DNA of 64,000 nt, taken from assembly GCA_035626475.1 (NCBI GenBank), contig DASPNP010000075.1, positions 11,788-75,787 of the forward strand, written 5' to 3'. Every line of letters starts with the position of its first letter. Position 1 is the stretch's first letter. The stretch comes from Azospirillaceae bacterium (GTDB lineage Bacteria; Pseudomonadota; Alphaproteobacteria; Azospirillales; Azospirillaceae). Made by a program: the position numbers and the translations under genes. A model generated the notes under the pieces. That model was given only the letters and a program-made list of their open reading frames with translations. It did no database searches and was not told where the DNA came from. Below are positions 50,722 to 61,410 of this stretch, piece by piece.

Positions 50722-51774
50722 ATGAAGGGCTTGATCGGGAGCGGGCTCATGCCGGAGAAGATCCTTAACGGCAATAATCATTTGGACGCGAAGGCCCTGC
50801 GCTTCGCCGTGGATGCCGCCGGTCTGGCCGTGTTCGCCATGGATCTGTCCACCGGCGAGTATTTGTGGAACGAGCATCTGCGCGCCATGCTCGGCGTGCC
50901 CGGCGACTGCGCGCTGGACTACGAGGGTTTCCTGGCCATGGTCCATCCGGAGGACCGGGAGCGGGTCCGGGCCGCGGGGCTGGCGGCGATCGACCCGAAG
51001 GGCAGCGGCGCCTATGACTGCGAGATGCGGATGGTCCGCCCCGACGGCGAGACCGTGTGGGTCCGGGCGCGCGGCCAGACCGCCTTCCTCCGCCGGGACA
51101 AGGGACGCCGCCGGCCGGCACGCATCATCGGGGTGGCGCGCGACGAGACCGAGCGGGTGCGCTCGCTGGCGCAGAAGGATTTGCTGATCCGCGAGATGAG
51201 CCACCGGGTCAAGAACTCGCTGCAGACGGTCGCCACGCTGCTGGACATCCAGACCCGGATGGAACGGGACCCGTTCCTGCGCGAGAGGCTGGAGGAGGCG
51301 CGCGGCCGGGTCAGCTCGGTCGCCAAGGTGCATCAGCATCTCTATGGCAGCCGCACGCTGGCGCGGGTGCCGCTCTCCCTATACCTGCGTGACGTGGTGC
51401 GGGACCTCGCCTTCCACCACGAGGCGGAGCGGCGCGGCATCGACACGGTGGTGGAGGCCGAGGAGGTGGAGGTGCCCAGCGGGCAGGCCACCGATATCGG
51501 CCTGATCGTCAACGAGCTGGTCTGCAACGCCTTCCGCCACGCCTTCCCCGATGATCGGTCCGGGACCATCAGGGTGTCGGTCGGCATCCGCGAGGGCGCG
51601 CTGGACCTGCGGGTGGAGGATGACGGCATCGGCACGGGCTGCGAGCCGCCGGAGCGCGAGGGCAGCCTGGGCATGATGGTGGTCCGCACCCTGGCGGACC
51701 AGCTGGGCGCCGGGCTGGAACTGGACTGCCGCCGGGGCTGCCGGGTCGCGTTGCGCATTCCCCTGGTGCCATAG
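50722..51774 (+). CDS. PAS-domain sensor histidine kinase of the HisKA_2/HWE type
   Basis: PAS (FAVDAAGLAVFAMDLSTGEYLWNEHLRAMLG...YDCEMRMVRPDGETVWVRARG), H-box LIREMSHRVKNSLQTVATLL, ATPase (LIVNELVCNAFRHAF...LRVEDDGIG). ATG 50749 (after GGGAG) is an alternative start. Confidence 0.85.
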   Translation: MKGLIGSGLMPEKILNGNNHLDAKALRFAVDAAGLAVFAMDLSTGEYLWNEHLRAMLGVPGDCALDYEGFLAMVHPEDRERVRAAGLAAIDPKGSGAYDCEMRMVRPDGETVWVRARGQTAFLRRDKGRRRPARIIGVARDETERVRSLAQKDLLIREMSHRVKNSLQTVATLLDIQTRMERDPFLRERLEEARGRVSSVAKVHQHLYGSRTLARVPLSLYLRDVVRDLAFHHEAERRGIDTVVEAEEVEVPSGQATDIGLIVNELVCNAFRHAFPDDRSGTIRVSVGIREGALDLRVEDDGIGTGCEPPEREGSLGMMVVRTLADQLGAGLELDCRRGCRVALRIPLVP

Positions 51775-51791
51775 GCCGGCAATCCGGCCGC

Positions 51792-53210
51792 TCACGGCCC
51801 CGTCGCGGTCGCCGCCTCGGGCGGGGCCAGCGGATGGCCGGGCGGCAGGGGCGGACCGGACATCGGCGTGACCGGGGTGACGGCGTGGGTCTGGCCGAAC
51901 CAGAGGAAGGCGTCGAACTGGCCGGCCAGCGAGGTCGACTGGTAGTGGCTCCGCCGCTCCGTCGCCGGCAGGTAGAGCACGCCGATCTGCCGTTCCTGGC
52001 GTTCCGGCGCCAATGCCGCGCGGAGGTCCTCATGGATGCCCGGCCGGAGGTCGAGCAGGAACCGGTCCACCCCGGCGGCGGCCATGACCGCGCCCTGGCT
52101 GCCCGGCAGCGACGGGTTCAGGCTCTTCACCTCAGGCAGGGCGCCCCACTCCGACGCCGCCATGACCGTGCCCTGGTCGGTGCCGAACCCGACCAGCAGC
52201 GCCTCCGGCCCGAAGCGCTCGCGCGCCAGCTGGCCGAGGTTGAGCTGGCCCTGGCGGCCGACCTCGGTCGCGCGGGCGTCGCCGATATGGGAGTTGTGGG
52301 CCCAGACCACCGCCTTGGCCGTCGGCCCGCGCGCCTCCAGCAACGCCAGCAGCGTCTCGGCCATGTGCTGGTCGCGCAGGTTCCAGGTGACGGTCGGGCC
52401 GTCATACATGGCGCGGAAGAAGCGCTCGGCCGAGGCGACGACGCGGGCGTGGCGCACCGCGTCGAAGGCGGCCTCGTCGCCCGGCCGCGCGGCGACGAGC
52501 GCCTGGGCGCGGGCCTGCAGCGCCGCCGCCTCCGCCTCGCAGCCGCGGCCGCTCCCCATCGCCAGCCGCTCCGGCGCGTCGCGGAAGGGGGCGAAGCAGA
52601 GGCGCGCCCGCTCCGCCTCCGCCGCGCCCGCCGGGTCGTTGGCGGCGACATAGGCCGCCGCGGCGTCCAGCGACGGCTCGTAGCCCTGCATGTCCAGCCC
52701 GTGGAAGCCCACCCGCTGCGCCGGATCGGGCAGGGCGGCGTTGCGCTCGCGCAGCCAGTCCACCAGGGCGCGGGTCTCCTCGTTGCGCCACATCCAGGTC
52801 GGGAAGTCCCGGAACGGCGCCCCGACCACCGGGTTCGCCGGCCGGCCCCGCACATAGGCGTCGACCTGCGCCGCGTCGGCCCAGTCGGCCTCGACCGCGA
52901 CGATGGTGAAGCCGTGCGACTCGACCAGCCGCTTCGTGATCTCCGCCCGCGCCCGGTAGAACTCCGACGTGCCGTGCGTCGCCTCGCCCATCAGCACCAC
53001 CCGCGCGACGCCGAACCGGTCGAACAGCGTGCGGAAGGCGGGGTCCTCGAAGGAAGGCAGCGGCTCCAGCCTCTGCCGCACCAGGGCGCTCGCCGCCGCC
53101 GTGTCCGGCGCCTGGGCCAGCGCCACCTCCGGCGGCCGGGCGCAGGCGGCCAGCGCCAGCAATGCGCCGGCCATACGCAGCAGGGCGCGGCGGGGGAACA
53201 GCGAGTTCAT
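51792..53210 (-). CDS. erythromycin-esterase family protein, secreted
   Basis: Signal MNSLFPRRALLRMAGALLALAACA. RVVLMGEATHGTSEFYRARAEITKRLVESHGFTIVAVEADWADAAQVDAYVRG...WMWRNEE...VVWAHNSHIGD. Confidence 0.8.
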   Translation of the reverse strand: MNSLFPRRALLRMAGALLALAACARPPEVALAQAPDTAAASALVRQRLEPLPSFEDPAFRTLFDRFGVARVVLMGEATHGTSEFYRARAEITKRLVESHGFTIVAVEADWADAAQVDAYVRGRPANPVVGAPFRDFPTWMWRNEETRALVDWLRERNAALPDPAQRVGFHGLDMQGYEPSLDAAAAYVAANDPAGAAEAERARLCFAPFRDAPERLAMGSGRGCEAEAAALQARAQALVAARPGDEAAFDAVRHARVVASAERFFRAMYDGPTVTWNLRDQHMAETLLALLEARGPTAKAVVWAHNSHIGDARATEVGRQGQLNLGQLARERFGPEALLVGFGTDQGTVMAASEWGALPEVKSLNPSLPGSQGAVMAAAGVDRFLLDLRPGIHEDLRAALAPERQERQIGVLYLPATERRSHYQSTSLAGQFDAFLWFGQTHAVTPVTPMSGPPLPPGHPLAPPEAATATGP

Positions 53211-53303
53211 GAGGGCCTCCGGTGCGTCGGGCCAAGGGCCTGGGCAGGGCACAACAGGAAGCGCTGATGAAAGTCCCCGAAAAGAAAAAGGTCGCCAGTG
53301 CCG

Positions 53304-56300
53304 TCAGCACGCGACGTTCAGCCTGGGTAGGACATAGGGATCGGCCGCGCAGGCCCGGTAGTTGGCGTCCAGCTCGGGTCCCATGAGGATCAGGGCGGCG
53401 ATGCGGCGCACCATGCCCTGGACGTGCAGCGCCTCGTCCGGCTTCAGCGGCCGGCCCAGCAGCTTGTGCTCGCGGTAGCTCAGCCACTTCTTGACGACCT
53501 GGTAGCCGCCGATCGTGTAGGCCCAGACCCGCTCCGGCACCGCCGCCCAGCAGGTGGTGGGGTTCAGGTGCACGTCCAGGCAGTGCCCGCCCAGCAGCCG
53601 GAAGACCTCCCCTTCCGCCAGCCCAAGCGCCGCCCCCTCGTCGATCAGCGCCGCCCGCTCCTCCGCGGACCATTCCCGCGCCCGGGCGTCGCCCCGGCCC
53701 GGCATGCAGACGCCGTTCTGCCCGGCGTGGCCCCAGCCCGCCGTGACGCGGTAGTCCGGCCGGGCCGGTTCCGGCGTCCCGTCCCAATCGGTGGGCGGCG
53801 GCGCATCGTCCAGCAGATGGACGGCCCGGAAGACCGCCAACCGCGCGAGGCCGGGCCGCTCCGGCGGCAGGGTGACGCCCCGCACCGGCGTGCCGGGCTC
53901 CAGCAGGTCGGCCACCCGGCGACCCAGCGCGACCGACGCCTCCAGCCGCTCCGCCGTCGCGGGAAGGGGGATGCGGGGCCAGCCCTGGCGGAGGGCGGCG
54001 CCATTGTCTTGACGGTACGCCGGCGTGTTCATGACGGCAACCGTGTGGAGGAACAGGAAGTTGTCCTGGGCCGAAGTAGTGGGCGTGCCTCCTGGCGCCG
54101 CCCCAGCGAAAGCGGTGCTGATATGGAGAATAGGCGGAGCGTTCCCAATGGCCTTCGCGCGTCCGGTATCGACCAATTCCTGCTGCAACCCCTGGGCCCC
54201 GACTTCCGCCGGGGTGATGGGAGGAGAGAGCGAGAGAGCGGAAAGATAGGCTTGCGCCGCAGCCGATAGGTTTTCGCGGATCGTAGCATTGGTCCCATGG
54301 GCCAGCAGCGTGCCGTCCGGCCTGGGCGCGTAGCGGCTGGGAAAGAAGCTCGACAGTCCGCTGCCAAAGTTGTCTGCGAGATGCGCGACAACGTACCCCC
54401 GGTCGAAATCTTCCTTCGACTGCTTCTCCCGCGCCTCTATTGCCAGAGCCCCCGAAACCCGGGAGTCGAAGAATTCCTCCCGCTTCTCGTCCAGGAGCTT
54501 GGTTTCGGGTTCCCAATAGAGCCAGCGATTGTCGTAGGGCCTATATGAGTAGGGAACGATGATGCCAGAGTCGCTCGTCCTACCGAGCAGATGTCGACGA
54601 ACTGTTTTGGGCTTGTACCGGGCCTGCTCCTCCATCACCCCCGGATACCGCTCAGCGATATCCGCATCGCTCAGTTCCTTGTTGAAGTAGTCCCTGATCC
54701 GCGCCTCCAGCCGGTCGCGGTCGATGTCCACCAGGAAGTCGTCGCGGCTGGTCTTCACGCCGGGAAAGCTGACGGGTATCAGGTCCGGCAAGGCGGGCCA
54801 GGCGGAATAGCCGGCATTGGCATTGGCGGGGAAGTAGGGCAGCCCCAGCGCCAAGGCGGGGACGACGGGGACGTAGCCCGGCTCCACCGGTTCGCCGGAG
54901 GCGAGGGCTTCGGCCAGTTCCTTCAGCCGGTCGCGCTTGTCCGCACCCCAGAAATGGCGGAAGCGCAGGGTGGCCGGGCCGGGCTCCAGGCTGGGATGAC
55001 GCTCGTGCCGGACCATCAGCCCGATGGCCGTGCCGACGCCGATGCCCTCGCGGTTCTGCTCGGTGGAGAAGATGGAGGGGTCGGGCAGGCCGTCCGGCGT
55101 GCGCTTGCCCGTCTTGAACTTGTCGCCGTTCAGGCAGTCGATCCAGATGCCGTCGAAGCTCTTCAGCAGGCGCTCGCGCATGCCGGTGAAGCTCAGCCCG
55201 TCCAGCCAGGAGTAATTGGTGATCAGGCAGACCACGCCGAAGCCGCTCTGCTCGGCGATGCGGCGCTCCGCCATGCGCCAGAAGCGGACATAGAGGTCGT
55301 TCAGTCCCTGCCCCTCCGGCGGGCGGACATGGCGCACCTGCCGGTAGACCGAGGTGAGCTCCCGCTCCTCGCGCGTGTCGCCGACGCCGGCATAGCCGTT
55401 GTAGGGCGGGTTGCCGATGACGACCCAGACCCGCGTGTCGCGTTTCAGCCGGTCGGCCTCCCGCATCTCCGCCTGCAGGTCGGGCATGGGCAGGGTGACG
55501 GGATGGTCGTAGCGCTCGTCCCCGCCGGTCAGCGCGTTGGTCAGGACGATGCTGGCCCATTCGTCACGGTTGCGGGTGTGGCCGGTGTTGGCCGAGTCCA
55601 GCGGTGCGCCGAAGCGCTGCTGCAGCATCAGCGCCACCTGCAGGTGGGCCACGACGAAGGGCGCCGGCATGATCTCGAAGCCGTGGACGCGCTCCATGGC
55701 CGCGCGCTTGACCATCTCTCCCTTCAGCGCATCCGTCCCGTCCGCGCCGATGGTCCGGCCGATGCGGTCCAGCACCGCCAGGATGAAGCTGCCCGTGCCG
55801 CAGCAGGGGTCCAGCACATGGACCCGCTCGTCGGCCAGGCCGAGCTCGATGCCCAGCTCGTCGCGCAAGGCCCGGTCGACCCGCTCGACCATATAGTCCA
55901 CCACCTCGGGCGGGGTGTACCAGACGCCCAGCTGCTTGCGCAGCTCGGGGTCGAACGCCTCCAGGAAGGGCTCGTAGAAGTACTGGACGGCGTGGTCCTG
56001 GTGGAATCGGGTGAAGAAGGCCCGGCCGTCCACCCGGTTCAATACCTGCGCTGCCGTGTCCAGGATTTGCGGCACGCCAAGCCCGTCCAGCACGCCGGGA
56101 TTGTAGACCTGCTCGAACAAGCTGCGCAGGACCGGCAGCTTCATGTGCCAAGCGGCGCCGTAGGCGGAAAAGGTGGCGAGGGTCCGCTTGTCCGCTGGCG
56201 TCCTGTGCCAGATCACCCAGGCCGAGAAGAGGCCGTAGAACAGCGTCTGCACGAGGGTGGAATGGAAGAAGTGCAGGCCCTTCTTCGTGTCGAACTTGAT

Positions 56301-57002
56301 GCCGAGCGATGCTTCCAGGCTCTCCCGCACCAGCGCCAGCCGATCGAAGCGGCGATCCGGATTGTCCAGCGACAGGGAGGCGGCGGACTCCAGCAGCGCC
56401 AAGCAGTCCCGGGCGAAGGAGGCCAGGAACGCCGCGACGTCGCGGGGCTGACTGAGCGAGACGTTGTACAGCAGGGCACGGCGCAGGAACTCCAGCAGCC
56501 GCTGCTCCTTCTCCTTGGGCAGCGTACCGGGATGGGCGGCATAGCCCCAGAACTGATCCTCCGTATCGGCGAGGATGAACCGTTCATACTCCTTGAGGCG
56601 GCCGCCCGCGTCCTTGCCCAGGACGGCGAAGGCGCGGAAGTTGGTCACCAGCACCAGCCCGTAGCGCTCCCAGTAATCCGCCACCTGACGGGACCCGACG
56701 ATCTGGTCCAGCGGGATCGCCGGCGCCTTGGCCTCGACGACCCCGCGCTCGGGCAGCGGCGCCATGGGCGATGGAGCGCCGAGATCGTCGAAGGAGAGCT
56801 GACTGACGACGAACAGCCCGAAATCCGGCCGGCCCGCGCCCGCGTCCGCCAGCTCCTGCACGCAGAAGACCTTGGGCTTCAAGCCCTTACCGATCTCGTT
56901 GACCAGGGCCTGGAAGGCGCCGTAGAGCGACCGCTCCGGTGAGGCGGAGCGGGTGCCGCGGGCCTGGTGCAGGGCGGTGAGATAGGCATGGACGGGAGAC
57001 AT
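53304..57002 (-). CDS. single-chain restriction-modification-type enzyme: N-terminal PD-(D/E)xK-like nuclease block, gamma-class N6-adenine DNA methyltransferase, and a Type ISP/YeeA-like C-terminal domain (Type IIG/IIL-like)
   Basis: 1232 aa from ATG 57002 (GGAG SD). GRPDFGLFV...ERGVVEAKAP...LVLVTNFRAF. GVWYTPPEVVDYMV. VLDPCCGTGSFI (motif I). GFEIMPAPFVVAHLQV. VVIGNPPYNGY (motif IV). C-terminal VWAYTIGGYQVVKKWLSYREHKLLGRPL. Confidence 0.8.
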   Translation of the reverse strand: MSPVHAYLTALHQARGTRSASPERSLYGAFQALVNEIGKGLKPKVFCVQELADAGAGRPDFGLFVVSQLSFDDLGAPSPMAPLPERGVVEAKAPAIPLDQIVGSRQVADYWERYGLVLVTNFRAFAVLGKDAGGRLKEYERFILADTEDQFWGYAAHPGTLPKEKEQRLLEFLRRALLYNVSLSQPRDVAAFLASFARDCLALLESAASLSLDNPDRRFDRLALVRESLEASLGIKFDTKKGLHFFHSTLVQTLFYGLFSAWVIWHRTPADKRTLATFSAYGAAWHMKLPVLRSLFEQVYNPGVLDGLGVPQILDTAAQVLNRVDGRAFFTRFHQDHAVQYFYEPFLEAFDPELRKQLGVWYTPPEVVDYMVERVDRALRDELGIELGLADERVHVLDPCCGTGSFILAVLDRIGRTIGADGTDALKGEMVKRAAMERVHGFEIMPAPFVVAHLQVALMLQQRFGAPLDSANTGHTRNRDEWASIVLTNALTGGDERYDHPVTLPMPDLQAEMREADRLKRDTRVWVVIGNPPYNGYAGVGDTREERELTSVYRQVRHVRPPEGQGLNDLYVRFWRMAERRIAEQSGFGVVCLITNYSWLDGLSFTGMRERLLKSFDGIWIDCLNGDKFKTGKRTPDGLPDPSIFSTEQNREGIGVGTAIGLMVRHERHPSLEPGPATLRFRHFWGADKRDRLKELAEALASGEPVEPGYVPVVPALALGLPYFPANANAGYSAWPALPDLIPVSFPGVKTSRDDFLVDIDRDRLEARIRDYFNKELSDADIAERYPGVMEEQARYKPKTVRRHLLGRTSDSGIIVPYSYRPYDNRWLYWEPETKLLDEKREEFFDSRVSGALAIEAREKQSKEDFDRGYVVAHLADNFGSGLSSFFPSRYAPRPDGTLLAHGTNATIRENLSAAAQAYLSALSLSPPITPAEVGAQGLQQELVDTGRAKAIGNAPPILHISTAFAGAAPGGTPTTSAQDNFLFLHTVAVMNTPAYRQDNGAALRQGWPRIPLPATAERLEASVALGRRVADLLEPGTPVRGVTLPPERPGLARLAVFRAVHLLDDAPPPTDWDGTPEPARPDYRVTAGWGHAGQNGVCMPGRGDARAREWSAEERAALIDEGAALGLAEGEVFRLLGGHCLDVHLNPTTCWAAVPERVWAYTIGGYQVVKKWLSYREHKLLGRPLKPDEALHVQGMVRRIAALILMGPELDANYRACAADPYVLPRLNVAC

Positions 57003-57022
57003 TGCTCGCTCCGGCTGTACGT

Positions 57023-57040
57023 TGTGCCGACTATGGCACA
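57023..57040. promoter_or_regulatory. palindrome TGTGCC-N6-GGCACA 21-38 nt upstream of the R-M gene start
   Basis: Read directly at 57023-57040. The minus-strand version contains CATAGT (a -10-like hexamer). Function not established. Confidence 0.25.
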
Positions 57041-57085
57041 TCGTGATCCGGAGTGGGAGATGCCAAGCCCTTGAACCAGCCTACG

Positions 57086-57114
57086 AAAAAGGCCGCCGGG
57101 TCGCCCCGGCGGCC
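57086..57114 (-). terminator. rho-independent terminator of pnp
   Basis: On the minus strand GGCCGCCGGG-GCGA-CCCGGCGGCC is followed by TTTTT, about 28 nt after the pnp stop. Confidence 0.75.
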
Positions 57115-57141
57115 TTCTCCGTACTGGGACGGGTCCGCGCC

Positions 57142-59268
<2,127 letters not shown>

Positions 59269-59359
59269 CTCGATTGCCTTCTTTCCATCCGACACCCGGT
59301 CCCGCCCCGGATTGGGCGGCCGAGCCGGGGCCCATGTCGGCAGGCCCCGCGTTAGGAAC

Positions 59360-59398
59360 GGAAACGGCCAGCCGGACCGCTGTCCGACTGGCCGTTCC
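59360..59398 (-). promoter_or_regulatory. long stem-loop in the pnp 5' leader (candidate RNase III / autoregulation hairpin)
   Basis: GGAAACGGCCAGCCGGAC-CGCT-GTCCGACTGGCCGTTCC has a stem of about 17 bp with one bulge and one G-U. It lies 92-130 nt upstream of the pnp start in the rpsO-pnp spacer. Confidence 0.5.
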
Positions 59399-59512
59399 GT
59401 CGTTCGTTCATAACCCCGCCGGCGCTCCCGGCGTCACGCTCCCCCCGGCGGCCGATGGCGGCCGCGACGGCGGGGGCGTGAGGCGGTGGGCATCCATGCG
59501 GGCGGCCGTGCC

Positions 59513-59782
59513 TTAGCGGCGCAGGCCCAGGCGCTGGATCAGGGTGTCGTAGCGACCCTGGTCCTTGGCCTTCAGGTAGTCCAGCAGGCTGCGGCGCTGG
59601 CCGACCATGACGAGCAGGCCGCGGCGGCTGTGGAAGTCCTTGGCGTGGGTCTTCAGGTGGTCGGTGAGGTTGTTGATGCGCTCCGTCAGGATCGCGACCT
59701 GGACCTCGGGCGAGCCGGTATCGGTCTCGGCGGTACGGTACTCGGTGATGAGCGCCTGCTTGCGCTCTGCGGTGATCGACAT
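59513..59782 (-). CDS. rpsO: 30S ribosomal protein S15
   Basis: [85 protein letters not shown]. Confidence 0.97.
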   Translation of the reverse strand: MSITAERKQALITEYRTAETDTGSPEVQVAILTERINNLTDHLKTHAKDFHSRRGLLVMVGQRRSLLDYLKAKDQGRYDTLIQRLGLRR

Positions 59783-59796
59783 CGGGGTCTCCAATA

Positions 59797-60738
59797 TCAG
59801 AGGTTGAGGACGCGCACCGGGCGGATTTCCGCCCCCTCGACGCGGGCCAGGGCCACCGGGCGTCCGGCGGACATGGCGAGAACGGTGCCGTCGCCGTCCG
59901 CCAGCCCGGCCCGGAGCCCCTCGAGGCGGTCCAGGTCCTGCCGGCGCAACAGCGCCACCGTTTGTCCTTGTCGCAGTCGGTGCGCTTCCGCGTCCGTCAG
60001 GGCCAGGGCCGGGATGTCGTCCAGCGCGGTCTCGATCGGCAGCAGAAGTCTTTCGACCTCGGGGGTTTGCGCCACACGCTCCAGTTCGTCAAGGGAAATC
60101 GCCCTGTCCAGGCCGAAGCGGCCGACCCGCAGCCGGCGCAGGGCGGAGACGTGGCCGACCGTGCCGAGCGCCACCGACAGGTCGCGGGCGAGCGAGCGGA
60201 TATAGGTGCCCTTGCCGCACTCCACCTCGAACTCGGCATGGTCGGCATCGGGCCGGCCGGTGAGGTGGAAGCCGTCGATGCGCACCCGGCGCGACTTCAG
60301 ATCGACCGTCTCGCCGCCGCGCGCCAGGTCGTAGGCGCGCTCGCCGTCGACCTTGATGGCGGAGAACTGCGGCGGCACCTGCTCGATCAGCCCCTGGAAG
60401 GGGGCCAGCGCCGCCTCGATCTGTGCGTCGGTCGGGCGCGCGTCGCTGGTCGCCAGCACCTCGCCCGCCAGATCGTCGGTCGTGGTCGACTGGCCGAAGC
60501 GCAGGGTGAAGCGGTAGGTCTTGCCGCATTCCATGGCGTAGGCGACGGTCTTGGTCGCCTCGCCGAAGGCGATGGGCAGGATGCCGGTGGCGATCGGGTC
60601 CAGCGTGCCGCCATGGCCCGCCTTCTCCGCCTTCAGCAGCCAGCGCGCCTTCGCCATGGCCTGGGTGCTGGTCACGCCCGGCGGCTTGTCCAGCACCAGC
60701 CAGCCATGGAGCGGGATGCCCTTGCGCTTACGCGCCAC
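59797..60738 (-). CDS. truB: tRNA pseudouridine(55) synthase
   Basis: GTG 60738 gives [63 protein letters not shown]. Overlaps the rbfA end by 11 nt. The upstream part of the track ORF is unsupported. Confidence 0.9.
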   Translation of the reverse strand: MARKRKGIPLHGWLVLDKPPGVTSTQAMAKARWLLKAEKAGHGGTLDPIATGILPIAFGEATKTVAYAMECGKTYRFTLRFGQSTTTDDLAGEVLATSDARPTDAQIEAALAPFQGLIEQVPPQFSAIKVDGERAYDLARGGETVDLKSRRVRIDGFHLTGRPDADHAEFEVECGKGTYIRSLARDLSVALGTVGHVSALRRLRVGRFGLDRAISLDELERVAQTPEVERLLLPIETALDDIPALALTDAEAHRLRQGQTVALLRRQDLDRLEGLRAGLADGDGTVLAMSAGRPVALARVEGAEIRPVRVLNL

Positions 60739-61228
60739 GGCCGCTTTCCCCGTCTGCCTCGTCAGCGCCGTCCATCTCCTCGGCGTCGAGATCGTCCTCG
60801 TCCTCGTCGCCATCCATCGGCACGCCCTCGCCGTCCAGGTCGCGGGCGACGTCCGGCCGGTGCAGGATGTCGTCGATGCGCTGGGCATAGTCGAAGGAGG
60901 TGTCGACCTGGAAGGACAGGCGCGGCGCGTAGGGCAGCCGCATCTCCTTGGCGACCTGGCTGCGCAGGAAAGCCGAGGCGCGGTTCAGCGCCGCCACCAG
61001 CTCACGCTTCTCGCCGCCCAGCGGCATGACGAAGGCGGTGGCGTTCTTCAGGTCGGGGCTGATCCGGACCTCGGAGACCGTGACGTTCAGGTCCATCAGC
61101 TCCGGGTCGCGGAACTCGCCGCGGCGGAACACGTCCGCCAGCACGTGGCGGATCTCCTCGCCGACGCGCAGCTGGCGCTGGGACGGCGCCTTGCCGGCAC
61201 GCTGGGCGGTGTCGCGCTTGCTTCTCAT
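60728..61228 (-). CDS. rbfA: ribosome-binding factor A with an acidic C-terminal extension
   Basis: SQRQLRVGEEIRHVLADVFRRGEFRDPELMDLNVTVSEVRISPDLKNATAFVMPLGG...LNRASAFLRSQVAKEMRLPYAPRLSFQVD, then the tail [35 protein letters not shown]. Confidence 0.9.
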   Translation of the reverse strand: MRSKRDTAQRAGKAPSQRQLRVGEEIRHVLADVFRRGEFRDPELMDLNVTVSEVRISPDLKNATAFVMPLGGEKRELVAALNRASAFLRSQVAKEMRLPYAPRLSFQVDTSFDYAQRIDDILHRPDVARDLDGEGVPMDGDEDEDDLDAEEMDGADEADGESGRGA

Positions 61229-61349
61229 GGGAATATCCTCCGCACTCCCCGTCCGATCCGAACGGCGGCGCCACCTCTGGTTCGCAACAGGCGGTGCGCG
61301 GCTCCGCTCCCCGGACCGCCGTGGGGCGGGGGGAGCCGGAACGGGGATC

Positions 61350-61376
61350 GGCCGTCCGGGGTCGGACCGGACGGCC
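61350..61376. other. perfect 10-bp GC hairpin in the infB-rbfA spacer
   Basis: GGCCGTCCGG-GGTCGGA-CCGGACGGCC read directly. No U-tract on either strand. Confidence 0.4.
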
Positions 61377-61410
61377 GGTTACAGTCCAAGATCGGGGAGG
61401 GCGGGGCGCC

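Noticed and set aside
53258-57028. Inverted 8-mers GGCACAAC (53258) and GTTGTGCC (57021) flanking the R-M gene as possible insertion scars
   Set aside because: An 8-bp match is expected by chance at this scale. The right-hand copy is part of a local palindrome more likely related to the promoter. There are no direct repeats or integrase.
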